Part shown: positions 1 through 9,728 of the stretch, one piece after another
Layout: the number at the start of each line of letters is the position of its first letter
Position numbering within the stretch: position 1 is the stretch's first letter
Assembly: GCA_043827405.1 (NCBI GenBank)
Contig: JBDRPD010000033.1
Location: 1 to 50,912 of the forward strand
Origin: Elusimicrobiota bacterium
Lineage (GTDB): Bacteria; Elusimicrobiota; Elusimicrobia; UBA1565
Direction of reading: 5' to 3'
DNA: 50,912 bases
The notes under the pieces: generated by a model
Told to the model about the DNA's origin: nothing
The model's input: only the letters and a program-made list of their open reading frames with translations
Database searches by the model: none
Translations under genes and position numbers: made by a program

Positions 1-1
1 G

Positions 2-820
2 GCCGCCGCCCGCCGGCGGAAGACGCCGCGGGAGCCGGAAGCGGCGGCTTCGCCGCTCGCGCCGGCTTCCAGCACGCCGGCTCATCCTCGCGGCCGGGAG
101 GATATCCGCGCCGAGCAGGCGGCGGATCAAGGCGCGAAAGGTCTTAAGGACGGGGATTTCGCCCAAGTGATGCGCAAGGCCCGCCGCCGGGCCAAGCTGA
201 CGCCGGTTGAGAGCGCCTTTATCCGCCGCAGCCACGCGCGCGCCCTGGAAAAAACGGAGAAAGCGATGGACCAAGCCGCCGCCCAGGGGGTGGTTCTGCC
301 CGTGCGGGAAATGGCGAGCGCCGTACCGACGGCGACCTCCGGCGTCGATCCCCGCGCGCAGCGGGACAAGTCGGCTGCGCTTCTGGATCCCCGTACGACA
401 TGGCCCTGCGCCGGCCGGGTTTCGTACGAGTTCGGCCCGTCGGATTTCCATCTCAGCCCTCCGCGGACCTATAAAGGGTGGAACTACGCGCACTTTCACT
501 CAGGGTTGGACGTGGCCGCGCCTCGCGGCACGGCGCTCGGCGCCATCGCCGCCGGCAAGGTCACGCACGTCCAGCGCCATCAGAGCGGTCTGGGCATGCA
601 CGTGATCATCGCGCACACCGACGGCAGGGTGAGCACCTACGGGCACCTCGACGTGGGCCAACGGGCGCCGACGGTGAAGCCGGGGCAGCTTGTTCGCCCG
701 GGCCAGAAGATCGGCTACATCGGGATGACCGGCACGACCACGGGCCCCCACGTGCACCTGATGATCAAGAAGAACGGGGACTTGGTCGATCCGCGCACCA
801 TTCTGCCGCGGTCCCGCTGA
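2..820 (+). CDS. M23 family metallopeptidase, 5' partial (frame open from the window edge)
   Basis: M23 zinc motifs HSGLD (HxxxD), YGHL and TTGPHVH (HxH). No stop in frame between position 2 and the ORF-track start at 167. Confidence 0.85.
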   Translation, partial: AAARRRKTPREPEAAASPLAPASSTPAHPRGREDIRAEQAADQGAKGLKDGDFAQVMRKARRRAKLTPVESAFIRRSHARALEKTEKAMDQAAAQGVVLPVREMASAVPTATSGVDPRAQRDKSAALLDPRTTWPCAGRVSYEFGPSDFHLSPPRTYKGWNYAHFHSGLDVAAPRGTALGAIAAGKVTHVQRHQSGLGMHVIIAHTDGRVSTYGHLDVGQRAPTVKPGQLVRPGQKIGYIGMTGTTTGPHVHLMIKKNGDLVDPRTILPRSR

Positions 821-828
821 CGGCGGAC

Positions 829-1677
829 TTAGCGCGCGCCGACCGTATAGGGCCGCGGGTTGCAGAACTCGCCGCGTCCCCCGAAAAGATCGATGATCGC
901 CGCCCGGAGCCAGTAGCTCCCGCGCGGCAGCTGCGCGATCTTCTGGACGTCGATTTTCGGCTTGGCGAAGGCGTCGACGGAGCGGTCGAATAGTAGCTGC
1001 GTGAACTCCCGGTCGCGCGCGATCTGGAGGTGGTAGGCGGCGACGGGATTGTCGCCGCCGGCCGCGCGCAGCTGCGACGTGTCGAGAGTGGTGCCGGGCG
1101 GTTTTTCCGCCTGCAGCTTGACCGGCTCCGTCGGAACGCCGTCAAGCGATATGCGGGTCTCGTAGCCGGCGGACACGATAACCTGCCGGCGTCCCTTTAG
1201 GTCGCTGACGTCGGCCTCGCCGGAGGTGACGCGGACCACGGTTGAGCGGTCCTTCTTCTGCGCGACGTCGAACGACGCGTTTTCTCCGCGCGGCCGGATG
1301 ACGGCGCTTTCCGTTTGGACCGGCTTCTGCGCCGATAGGACCGCGCCCTGGAACAGGCGCAGGTGCTGCTCGGCCGCTTTTGGCGCTTTGAGGATGACCA
1401 TCGAGAGCGGGGCGACCCTCAGCTCCTTACCGTCCGGGAAGCGTACGCGCGCCCAGGATTCGCGGCGGGTCCTCAGGCCCGTATTATGGCGCAGCTGCCG
1501 GCCCTCTTCCACCTGCTTCCAGGCGGCCTTGTTCTCCTCGCGGGTCAGCACCGTGCCGACCGCGCGCACCAGCGTTCCCAACGGGTGCGGCTGCGGCTGA
1601 GCGCACCTTGCCGGCGGCGCCCATAGCGCCGCCGACAGGATGGAGCCAAGACCGACCGCCGTTCGGAAAACCCGCAT
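829..1677 (-). CDS. Secreted FecR-domain protein with C-terminal FN3/Ig-like segment
   Basis: Signal peptide; FecR-like pattern LRTRRESWARVRFPDGKELRVAPLS...STVVRVTSGEADV; C-terminal YHLQIARDREF...GSYWLRAA. Confidence 0.65.
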   Translation of the reverse strand: MRVFRTAVGLGSILSAALWAPPARCAQPQPHPLGTLVRAVGTVLTREENKAAWKQVEEGRQLRHNTGLRTRRESWARVRFPDGKELRVAPLSMVILKAPKAAEQHLRLFQGAVLSAQKPVQTESAVIRPRGENASFDVAQKKDRSTVVRVTSGEADVSDLKGRRQVIVSAGYETRISLDGVPTEPVKLQAEKPPGTTLDTSQLRAAGGDNPVAAYHLQIARDREFTQLLFDRSVDAFAKPKIDVQKIAQLPRGSYWLRAAIIDLFGGRGEFCNPRPYTVGAR

Positions 1678-1745
1678 TCATATGTGATAGCAGGCGCTGC
1701 GGGAGCTGTCGATTCACAGCGGTGATACCTACGGTAACACCAATG

Positions 1746-3365
1746 TTACATTTGGTCCGGCGCCGAGACGCCGAGCAGGCCGAGGCCGTCCTTGATGACG
1801 ACCGCGACGCCGTCGCACAGCGCCAGCCGCGCCCTGGAGAGCTCCGGCTGCGCCGGGTCGAGCACCTTGCACTGCTCGTAGAAGGCGTGGTAGAGGGTCG
1901 CCAGCTCGCCGAGATAGGTCGGCAGGGCATGCGGCGAGAGGTCGCGTTCGCAGACCCGCAGGACATCGGGGAACCACGCCAGCTTGACGAGGAGCGCCCG
2001 TTCGGATGGGTGGGTGAGAAGCCGGAGTTCGTTCGCCGACGCCTGGTCGGGCGCGACGCCCTTGGCCGGCGCCTCGCGGAAGATCGAGCGGATGCGCGCG
2101 TGGACGTACTGCACGTAGTAGACGGGGTTTTCCTGCGTCTGCTTCTTGGCCAGCTCGATGTCGAAGTTCATGTGCGCCGTGGGCGAGTGCTTGGCGAAGA
2201 AGTAGCGGCAGGCGTCGACGCCGACGTCTTCGAAGAGCTCGCGCAGCGTCACGAACTCGCCCGCGCGCTTGGACATCTTGACGGCCTCCTGGCCGCGGAA
2301 CAGCCGCACCAGCTGGTGGAGGATGATCTTGAGCGTTCCTTTGGCGCGGCCCAGGGCGGTCATCGCATCCTGCATGCGCGCGCAGTAGCCGTGATGGTCC
2401 GCGCCCCAGATATCGATGAGCTCCCGGTGGCCGCGGTCGAGCTTGTCTTGGTGATAGGCGATATCGGCCAGGAAGTAGGTCGGGCGGCCGTCGGAGCGGA
2501 CGAGGACGCGTTCTTTATCGTCCGCGGAATCCCCGTCTGCGGCGGCCAGCCAGACGGCGCCGTCCCGGTCCTTGACGCGGCCCAGCTCTTTGAGCTTGGC
2601 GAGCGTATTCTCCACCGCTTGCCGGCGGTGGAGCTCCGATTCGCGGAACCAAAGGTCGAAAATTGTGCCAAAATCCCGCATGTCGGCCTGATGGGCGGCG
2701 AGCATGCGTTCCACCGCGAAGCGCGAGAACTCCGCCGGCGTCCATCGCGCGGCTTCCGGAGGGGCGGCCGCGGCGAGGTCCTTGATGTAGTCGCCCTGAT
2801 ACCCGTCTTCCGGAACGGCCGCTTTGTCGTAACGCGCCTTGACCGACAGGCCAAGGAGCTCGACCTGGCGGCCGGCGTCGTTAACGTAGTTTTCGGTCGC
2901 GACCGCATGGCCGCGCCGTCGCAGGATGCGGGCGAGCGAGTCGCCGAGCGTCGCCGCCCGGCCGGAGGCCAGGTGCACCGGTCCCGTGGGGTTGGCGGAT
3001 ACGAACTCCAACAGAATGCTGCGCGGCTTGAGGCCCGGCTCGCGGCCGTGCTCTTGCGGAGCCTTGAGGATGGCGGCCAGATTGCCGGCCAGGGCCTCGG
3101 GGCTGAATGAGAAGTTGATGAAGCCCGGAGGTACGCTCTGTGCCGTCCCCGGAGCGCGGATTTTGTCCGCGATCGCCTGCGCCGCGTCCAGCGGCCGGCA
3201 TTTGGCGGCCTTGCCGGCGGCCAGTGGCGTCGGGATCGATACGTCGGTTTCGACATGCGGCGGCGGCACGGTGAAAACGACGGGCAGCGCTTTGCTGATT
3301 CCCGCCTCCTCGCTCCAGGCGTCGACCGCCGCCTGGGCGGCGGCGCGCAGTTCGTCGAGGATCAC
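1746..3365 (-). CDS. argS: Arginine--tRNA ligase
   Basis: EFVSANPTGPVHL (HIGH-like region), NDAGRQ, WGADHHGY, KMSKRAG, NPVYYVQYVHAR. Confidence 0.97.
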   Translation of the reverse strand: MILDELRAAAQAAVDAWSEEAGISKALPVVFTVPPPHVETDVSIPTPLAAGKAAKCRPLDAAQAIADKIRAPGTAQSVPPGFINFSFSPEALAGNLAAILKAPQEHGREPGLKPRSILLEFVSANPTGPVHLASGRAATLGDSLARILRRRGHAVATENYVNDAGRQVELLGLSVKARYDKAAVPEDGYQGDYIKDLAAAAPPEAARWTPAEFSRFAVERMLAAHQADMRDFGTIFDLWFRESELHRRQAVENTLAKLKELGRVKDRDGAVWLAAADGDSADDKERVLVRSDGRPTYFLADIAYHQDKLDRGHRELIDIWGADHHGYCARMQDAMTALGRAKGTLKIILHQLVRLFRGQEAVKMSKRAGEFVTLRELFEDVGVDACRYFFAKHSPTAHMNFDIELAKKQTQENPVYYVQYVHARIRSIFREAPAKGVAPDQASANELRLLTHPSERALLVKLAWFPDVLRVCERDLSPHALPTYLGELATLYHAFYEQCKVLDPAQPELSRARLALCDGVAVVIKDGLGLLGVSAPDQM

Positions 3366-4441
3366 GGCTGCTTCGGCTGTCCGACTTGGAGTAGGGCGCG
3401 GAGGTTCGCGGCGTCATGCGCCTTGGCGAGCGCCTCCTGCGGTTCGACCAGGTTCTGCTTGACGAGGAAGGCGAGGTGCTGGTCCATGGAGATCATTCCG
3501 TGCTTGGCTCCCGATTCGATCGCGCCGTAGAGCATATGGGTCTTGCCCTCCCGGATCAGGCTGCCGACGGCGGAGGACATGATCATGACTTCGCGCGAGC
3601 AGACCCGGCCCTGCCCGCCCTTTTTCGTCATCAGGACCTGGCTGATGACGGCCTTCAACGTCGTCGAGACCTGGACCCGGATCTGCTCCTGCTGGCTCGG
3701 CGGGAAGACGTCGATGATGCGGTCGATCGAGGTCGGCGCGTCCTGCGTGTGCAGCGTGGCGAAGCAGAGGTGGCCGGTCTCGGCGGCCGAGAGCGCGAGC
3801 TTGATCGTTTCCAGGTCGCGCATCTCGCCGACCAGAATGACGTCGGGGTCCTGGCGCAAGGCGTGGCGCAGGGCCTCGCCGAAAGACTTCGTATTCTGTC
3901 CGACCTCGCGCTGCAGAACGATCGACTGCTTGTCGTCGTAAACAAACTCGATCGGGTCCTCGATCGTGAGAATCGACTTGCGCTGGGTCGCATTGATCGT
4001 TTCGACGAGACTGGCGAGAGTTGTGGATTTCCCCGAGCCGGTCGGCCCGGTCACCACGACGAGGCCGCGCGGTTCGTTAAGCAGCTTGAGGACCGACGGC
4101 ATCAGCCCGATCTCCTGCGGCGTCGGAATCTTGGACGGGATGACGCGGAAGACGGCGCCCACGCCCTTGCGCTGCTGGTAGACGTTGACGCGGAAGCGTG
4201 AGACCCCCGTCAGGGCGATGGAGCAGTCAAGCTCCATATCCGCCTCAAAGCGCGCGCGCTGGCCCTCATAGAGAACCGAGTAGACCATCTTCCTTGTGTC
4301 CTCTTCGGACAGCGCCGGCAGGTTCGGGACCGGCAGAATCTCTCCGTGCAGCCGGATCATCGGGGGGCGGCCGACGACGATATGAACGTCGCTGGCGCCC
4401 GCCTGGACTGCGGATTTAAGCACGTCCGTCAGTTCAGCCAT
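3362..4441 (-). CDS. pilT: Type IV pilus retraction ATPase PilT/PilU family (copy 2)
   Basis: ASDVHI, Walker A GPTGSGKSTT, TIEDPIE, LRQDPDVILVGEMRD, AETGHLCFATLHT; C-terminal AVGSLIRE. Confidence 0.93.
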   Translation of the reverse strand: MAELTDVLKSAVQAGASDVHIVVGRPPMIRLHGEILPVPNLPALSEEDTRKMVYSVLYEGQRARFEADMELDCSIALTGVSRFRVNVYQQRKGVGAVFRVIPSKIPTPQEIGLMPSVLKLLNEPRGLVVVTGPTGSGKSTTLASLVETINATQRKSILTIEDPIEFVYDDKQSIVLQREVGQNTKSFGEALRHALRQDPDVILVGEMRDLETIKLALSAAETGHLCFATLHTQDAPTSIDRIIDVFPPSQQEQIRVQVSTTLKAVISQVLMTKKGGQGRVCSREVMIMSSAVGSLIREGKTHMLYGAIESGAKHGMISMDQHLAFLVKQNLVEPQEALAKAHDAANLRALLQVGQPKQP

Positions 4442-4937
4442 GGGCGCGTCTCCGGGCGGGGGGTTTCTTGCCGGCGGCCTTCGTCTTTTTCTTTTTTGCG
4501 CCAGCCTTCTTTTCGCTCGCCGGCTTCTTCTTCGTTTTCTTTACTGCCGGCTTCTTTTTCTCCGGCTGCGGCATCCACTCGACCGGACGCGCGTCGTGGA
4601 ACAGCTTGTCGAGAGCGTAGAAATCGCGCGCTTTGGGATGCATGAGATGGACCAGCAGCCCGCCGTAGTCGAGCACGCGCCAGACGTCGCTCTGCCGGCC
4701 GTCGCGGTGGTTGATCTTCACGCCGCCGTCTTTGAGCCGCATGCGGATCGCCTCTTCGATAGCCCGCATGTGAGGGGAGGAGGTCGCGCTGACGAGGAGC
4801 AGGTAGTCGGCGATGGAGCTGACCGGGCGGATATGCAGCAGGAGAATTTTCTCGCCTTTCTTGTCGTCGGCGGCGAGTGCGGCCTGCGTCGCGATGTTCT
4901 TAAAGTGCCGGCCTTGCTGCTGTGGTGTCGGGCTCAT
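4434..4937 (-). CDS. rsfS: Ribosome silencing factor with Lys-rich C-terminal tail
   Basis: DKKGEKI, IADYLLLVSATS, WRVLDYGGLLVHLM, RDFYALDKLF; lies downstream of nadD as is typical. Confidence 0.92.
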   Translation of the reverse strand: MSPTPQQQGRHFKNIATQAALAADDKKGEKILLLHIRPVSSIADYLLLVSATSSPHMRAIEEAIRMRLKDGGVKINHRDGRQSDVWRVLDYGGLLVHLMHPKARDFYALDKLFHDARPVEWMPQPEKKKPAVKKTKKKPASEKKAGAKKKKTKAAGKKPPARRRAHG

Positions 4938-4938
4938 T

Positions 4939-5859
4939 TTAATACTCTCCGCCGAGGTGGTGCACGTTTTTTTGCAGCCGCGCCCGCATGGCGTCTTCCG
5001 TGCGGTAGCCGATATTTTCGAGCGCCGAGGTGATCAGGCGCGCGGTCGTTGTCATGGTGCGGGTGAATTCGTTGCGCTCTTCGCCGTCGAGCGGCGGCTG
5101 GCGGTGGAAAATGAGAAAGCCCATGACGCGCTTCTTCCCGGGAAAAATGACCTGATAGGTCGAGTCGTCGGTCCAGCTGCTGCTGTGCGGCGACTCGCTG
5201 ATCGGCAGCGAATCCTTGACCGACTCGTAGTCGCCCTCAACGTCGATGAGGTCCATCTCGGCGTTGAACTCGTTGTAGACATAGGCGCCGGCGGACCAGT
5301 CGCCTTCGAGGTACTGCATGATGCGGGTCATGACCCGGTCCAGCAGGTCCTTCGGGCTCTCGAAGGACTCCAGCAGCAGCTGGCTGAGATCGTAGAGCAG
5401 CGTCAGTTCGTTGGATGAGTTGCGCAGCCGGCCGGAAAGCACCTCAACGAGCTGGGCGAAAAATCCCATCGCCAGCTCGGGATTGGACTTAAGCCAGGCA
5501 TCGAGCTCGCTGCGGCCCAGGCGCAGGAGCACGCTGTCGCCGGAGGCGATGGCGTCGGCTGAGCGGCTGACCTTCTCAATGAGCGCCATTTCGCCGAAGC
5601 AGTCGCCGGGCCCGAGGATCGCGAGCTCCTTGAACGTCGTTTCTTTTTTGTCCTGAGTGCGCAGCTTCTTGGCGATGCGGACGTGCCCCTGGGAGATGAA
5701 GTAGAGGCTGTCGCCCTGCGAACCTTCCTCGAATACGATGCCGCCGTCGGAAAAGTTCTCGGGCACCAGAAAGTCCCCGAGTTTCGTCAGCTGATCGTCC
5801 GGGATAGATGAGAGCAGTTTGACCGTTTTGAGCAAGCCGAGCTTCTCTTGGTCGTCCAT
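4939..5859 (-). CDS. Cyclic-nucleotide-binding domain protein with C-terminal GAF-like region
   Basis: VFEEGSQGDSLYFISQGHVRI and GDCFGEMALIEKVSRSADAIA (phosphate-binding cassette); C-terminal LYDLSQLL...VMGFLIF...ARLITSALEN resembles a GAF fold; no HTH seen. Confidence 0.8.
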   Translation of the reverse strand: MDDQEKLGLLKTVKLLSSIPDDQLTKLGDFLVPENFSDGGIVFEEGSQGDSLYFISQGHVRIAKKLRTQDKKETTFKELAILGPGDCFGEMALIEKVSRSADAIASGDSVLLRLGRSELDAWLKSNPELAMGFFAQLVEVLSGRLRNSSNELTLLYDLSQLLLESFESPKDLLDRVMTRIMQYLEGDWSAGAYVYNEFNAEMDLIDVEGDYESVKDSLPISESPHSSSWTDDSTYQVIFPGKKRVMGFLIFHRQPPLDGEERNEFTRTMTTTARLITSALENIGYRTEDAMRARLQKNVHHLGGEY

Positions 5860-5869
5860 GCCGTCGCCC

Positions 5870-6958
5870 TCACATAGAAACGGCTTTATTGACGTCGATC
5901 CTGCGCCCGGTCAACTGTTCGAGGTTCTTGATGCTGTGGGCGCGCTTGGCGGCTTCCTCAAGGCCGATCAGGCCCTGCTTGACCAGATGGGCCAACGCCT
6001 GGTCCATCGACTGCATACCGGCCTTGGCCCCGGTGTCGATGGCGCCGTAAATCATGTGGTTCTTGCCCTCGCGGATCAGGTTCGAGATGGCCGGCGTGGT
6101 GATCATGATTTCGCGGGCGGCGATGCGGCCGCCCCCGTCAGCGCGCGGCAGGAGCAGCTGGCTGACCACGCCCTGCAGCGTTACCGAGAGCTGGACGCGG
6201 ATCTGGGTTTGCTGGTGCGGGGGGAAGACGTCGATAATGCGGTCGATCGTCGACGGGGCGTCTTTGGTGTGCAAAGTGCCGAAGCAGAGGTGGCCGGTTT
6301 CCGCCGCCGTGATGGCGAGGGAGATCGTCTCAAGATCGCGCATTTCTCCGACGAGGATGACGTCGGGGTCCTGCCGCAGCGCGCCTTTGAGGGCGGCGCC
6401 GAAGCTCTTGGTGTTCTGTCCGACCTCGCGCTGGCGGAATATGGATTTCTTCGATTCGTAGACGAATTCGATAGGGTCCTCGACGGTGAGGACGTGGTGG
6501 CTGAACTTCTGGTTGATCATCTCGATCATGCAGGCCAAAGTCGTGGATTTGCCCGAGCCGGTCGGGCCCGTCACCAGGACGAGTCCGCGCGGCAGATTGG
6601 AAAAGTTGATGATGGACGGGGTCAGCCGCAGCTGCTCCGGCGTCGGGATAACCGAGTTGATGACGCGCATCACGGCTTCCACGCCGTTTCTCTGCAGCAG
6701 GACGTTGACGCGAAAGCGCGCAAAGCCCTTGACGGCGAACGAGCAGTCGAGCTCCCAGTGCTCCTCGAATTTGGCGCGCTGTTCCTCATACAGGATCGAG
6801 TAGATCAGCCGCTTGGCCTCATCCGCGGAAAGGGGATTAAAGCCCGGGATCTCCTGAATCTCGCCGTCCACGCGCATGATGGGAGCGCGGCCGATGACGA
6901 TGTGGATGTCGCTCGCTCCTGAGCCGACGGCCTGCTTGAGGATTTCTACCAATTCCAT
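5870..6958 (-). CDS. pilT: Type IV pilus retraction ATPase PilT (copy 1)
   Basis: ASDIHI, GPTGSGKSTTLA, EDPIE, LRQDPDVILVGEMRD, AETGHL, AISNLIRE (AIRNLIRE-like); SD AGGAGG upstream. Confidence 0.95.
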   Translation of the reverse strand: MELVEILKQAVGSGASDIHIVIGRAPIMRVDGEIQEIPGFNPLSADEAKRLIYSILYEEQRAKFEEHWELDCSFAVKGFARFRVNVLLQRNGVEAVMRVINSVIPTPEQLRLTPSIINFSNLPRGLVLVTGPTGSGKSTTLACMIEMINQKFSHHVLTVEDPIEFVYESKKSIFRQREVGQNTKSFGAALKGALRQDPDVILVGEMRDLETISLAITAAETGHLCFGTLHTKDAPSTIDRIIDVFPPHQQTQIRVQLSVTLQGVVSQLLLPRADGGGRIAAREIMITTPAISNLIREGKNHMIYGAIDTGAKAGMQSMDQALAHLVKQGLIGLEEAAKRAHSIKNLEQLTGRRIDVNKAVSM

Positions 6959-6974
6959 AATGCGCCTCCTACGG

Positions 6975-8000
6975 CTAAGACTTGGTTAATTCCGTACAGC
7001 GGGTGTAGTCCCTGCCCAGCATAACGGTGATATCGGTTCGCGGCGTCTCTTCCATGGCGGTCAGGACATTGCTGTCCCGGCAGCCGAGCGCCCGCAAAAC
7101 GGCGCGCGCTGCCTCGTAGCGCCCGGTCTTGTCGACGACGCGCAACTCCTGCTGCAGGGTCTGCGAGTTGCCGAAATGCAGTACGTCAAACCCCTGCAAT
7201 CGTAGTATTTTTGTCGCTTTCAAGGCGACTCCGGGTTCTTCGGTGGCGTTGAGAATTTCCACCTTGGCCGCCTCGTTCGTGTCCTGCGCCGACGTTCCGT
7301 TCGCGCGCTTGTTGAGCCACTGGAGGAAATGGGGCTGCAGCCCGGGCGCCGGGAGACTGGACAAGCGGATATTCTCCTGCCGTATGCGCTGGAATTCGCG
7401 CGCGGCGATGAGGAGATCGTACGGGCCCCAGCGGGTCTGTTCGGCGGCCAGCAGTGCGCGCGCCGCCGCCGCGAATTTCGGCCAGTAGAGGGTGCTGGAT
7501 AAAATACCGATGACCGAGCGCTTCATTTCTACGGGGAAAGCGGGCCGCGCGTCCGGCGGCAGCTCCAGGTCCAGCCAGAACGCATGCTTCGGCCAAAAGC
7601 CCTCCCCGTCCGTTCCGGCGCGCCGCACCAACTGCAGCGCGGCCTCGCCCATCGCCCGCGCGGCGCGGGCGGGGTCGCCGGCGGCGGCGTAGGCCTCGCC
7701 GTAGACGTCCGCGAGCGTGCGGTCGCGCCGGCCTTCGCCGGGCGTCATCTCCGCCGGCGCGGCCGGCGGGATCAGGACCAGCTCCAGGGCGCCGGCGGGA
7801 GCGCTGTATATGAGGTAGTACAGCGCCGGCGGAACGGTCTTCCCTTGACCGGCAAAGCGCGCCGACAGCAGACCATGTACGGGCCGGGACAGCGCCAGCT
7901 CGCCGGCCAGCTGCGACCGCTGCTGGCAGAGGATCGCCGCCAGCACCACGGCCAGTGCCGAGAGCGCCAGGATTCTGCCCGCGGTGTCCCGGCGCGTCAT
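6975..8000 (-). CDS. Membrane-anchored protein with LytR C-terminal domain
   Basis: Start MTRRDTAGR overlaps the nadD stop (ATGA); N-terminal TM helix; C-terminal KVEILNATEEPGVA...LRLQGFDV...GN...DITVMLGRDY typical of LytR_C. Confidence 0.75.
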   Translation of the reverse strand: MTRRDTAGRILALSALAVVLAAILCQQRSQLAGELALSRPVHGLLSARFAGQGKTVPPALYYLIYSAPAGALELVLIPPAAPAEMTPGEGRRDRTLADVYGEAYAAAGDPARAARAMGEAALQLVRRAGTDGEGFWPKHAFWLDLELPPDARPAFPVEMKRSVIGILSSTLYWPKFAAAARALLAAEQTRWGPYDLLIAAREFQRIRQENIRLSSLPAPGLQPHFLQWLNKRANGTSAQDTNEAAKVEILNATEEPGVALKATKILRLQGFDVLHFGNSQTLQQELRVVDKTGRYEAARAVLRALGCRDSNVLTAMEETPRTDITVMLGRDYTRCTELTKS

Positions 8001-9163
8001 CCTTCCCCGACCAGCTTGTTCCAGACGCCGACGCCGGAGCTGTGCAGCCAGCCGTCGAGGCGGAGCACGTAGGTTAGTTTCGTGCGCACCGTCTCCTTGA
8101 AGCCGGCGTCCAAATCCTGGAGCGCCAGGCGCCGGATGGCGGCGGCCTCGGGAAAACGCCGGTCGAGCGAGCAGGCGTCGGCGGTGAAGACGAGCCGGTC
8201 CAGCGGCGACATCAGCAGGTCGCCGAGCGTGTGCTTGCGGATTGCGCACAGGATCGCCGGGGTTTCGATGCCGTATTCGCGCCGCGCCACATCTTCTCCT
8301 ATGTGGGCGTGAAAGAGGGAGGGCTGATGGCGGGCAATCTCGCTCGCCAGCGGGACGCTTAGACGGTTGTCGCGCACGTAGCGCGCCATATCCGCGGCCG
8401 GCATCTTTTGCCCGCAGTCGTGCAGCAGCCCCGCGAGGACCGCATTTTCCAAATCCAAGCCGTGGCGCCGCGCCAGTTCCAGCGCCATGCGGGCGACCGC
8501 CAGCGAATGCCGGAACAGTGGCGGCGGCAGCGCGGACTTCAGGCGCTTGTGGATATCGAGTCCGTAGAGGCCGCGGCGCGTGATGCGGCTGCGGACCGCG
8601 TTGGGCAGCCAGTCCCCGACCTGCTCTCCGGCCAGCAGGCGTGCCCGCACCTCGGTCGACGATATGTCGGGAAAAACCCCGGGCAGTATTTCGTAGGGGG
8701 GCAGGCCCAGCCCCGCATGCGGCAGCGGCGCCCGCGGCCGCCGGCCGATCAAGAACCGGGACAGGTCGCGGATCTCGCTGGTGTGCTTCCATTTACGGAA
8801 GTTTAAGGTACTGTCGGAGCCGAGGAGGAAATAAAGCTGCGCCTCGGGATGCTGTCGTGCGAAATAGCGGAGCGTCTCATAGGTGTACGTCATGCACCCG
8901 CGCGCCAGCTCGAATCGGGAGAGCTCGACCAGGCGGCGCTCCCGCCGGGTTAGACCTTTTTCGAGCGCGAGGGCCGCCATCTTTTCCCGCTCGGCGCCGT
9001 CGGCACGGGCGGGATGCTTCAGCGGTGAATGGAAAGCGGGCACGACGTACGCCTGCGCGGGCTTGATCTGCCGGAGCGCCGCCTTAAGCATTCGCATGTG
9101 GCCGGTATGCGGCGGATCGAAACTGCCGCCGTAGATGAGTACCCGCGCGCGTCGATGGTCCAT
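7997..9163 (-). CDS. nadD: Nicotinate-nucleotide adenylyltransferase fused to YqeK HD-domain (Ap4A) hydrolase
   Basis: IYGGSFDPPHTGH, LLGSDS, ISSTEVR, followed in frame by RHSLAVA, GLLHDC, HAHIG, AIRKHT, FTADAC (YqeK HD domain). Confidence 0.92.
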   Translation of the reverse strand: MDHRRARVLIYGGSFDPPHTGHMRMLKAALRQIKPAQAYVVPAFHSPLKHPARADGAEREKMAALALEKGLTRRERRLVELSRFELARGCMTYTYETLRYFARQHPEAQLYFLLGSDSTLNFRKWKHTSEIRDLSRFLIGRRPRAPLPHAGLGLPPYEILPGVFPDISSTEVRARLLAGEQVGDWLPNAVRSRITRRGLYGLDIHKRLKSALPPPLFRHSLAVARMALELARRHGLDLENAVLAGLLHDCGQKMPAADMARYVRDNRLSVPLASEIARHQPSLFHAHIGEDVARREYGIETPAILCAIRKHTLGDLLMSPLDRLVFTADACSLDRRFPEAAAIRRLALQDLDAGFKETVRTKLTYVLRLDGWLHSSGVGVWNKLVGEG

Positions 9164-9177
9164 GTGCGGATGCCGCG

Positions 9178-9726
9178 CTAGAGGACTTCCCTGATCATTT
9201 CCGGCCGCGGCTGCGGGATGACGACCCGGTCCGACAGCAGGCCCTTCTTCCCCGCGCTGTCGGCGGCGGCGGCGACCGCCGCGTTCACGGCGGCGACGGG
9301 TCCGGTCAGCACGACGTAGGCCTTGCCGCCCAGAGCCATCGCCAGCTTGATGTCGACCAGCTTGACGTGCGCGGCTTTGACCGCGGCGTCCGCGGCTTCG
9401 ATCAAGGAAGCCACCGAGAATGTTTCGACGAGTCCCAGCGCTTCGATCTCGCCGACCACGGCCGTGCCTTCGATCGCCGGGAAGACATCGGGATGGATGT
9501 TCGGGATCACGAACTGATCGACCAAGGCTTCCTTGGCGCGGGCGGCGCCGGCGTCCACGGCCGCCCGTACATCCGCGACTTCTCCGGCGGCCAGGCAGAT
9601 ATACTTGCCCGGGCATATCGTGCGCGCGAGCAGCAGGCGTATATTGGCGGCTTTGAGCATGGTGTCGCCGACGTCATAGCCGCGCACCATGGAACTGGTT
9701 TCGACGCCTCCGATGGAATTCAGCAT
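9178..9726 (-). CDS. pduT: Bacterial microcompartment tandem-domain shell protein, PduT-like
   Basis: Two BMC domains: SIGGVETSS...DTMLKAANI...TICPGKY and ALGLVETFSVASLIEAADAAVKAAHV...LGGKAYV...VIPQP; has the Cys of the PduT CPGK motif. Confidence 0.85.
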   Translation of the reverse strand: MLNSIGGVETSSMVRGYDVGDTMLKAANIRLLLARTICPGKYICLAAGEVADVRAAVDAGAARAKEALVDQFVIPNIHPDVFPAIEGTAVVGEIEALGLVETFSVASLIEAADAAVKAAHVKLVDIKLAMALGGKAYVVLTGPVAAVNAAVAAAADSAGKKGLLSDRVVIPQPRPEMIREVL

Positions 9727-9728
9727 GG

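Noticed and set aside
6975..8792. 605-aa ORF-track protein overlapping nadD
   Set aside because: The N-terminal part is an off-frame read of nadD-yqeK; the plausible start is the ATG at 8000 coupled to the nadD stop.
7997..9163. NadD-YqeK fusion as a novelty
   Set aside because: The fusion and the nadD-yqeK-LytR-rsfS neighbourhood are already known in several bacterial groups.
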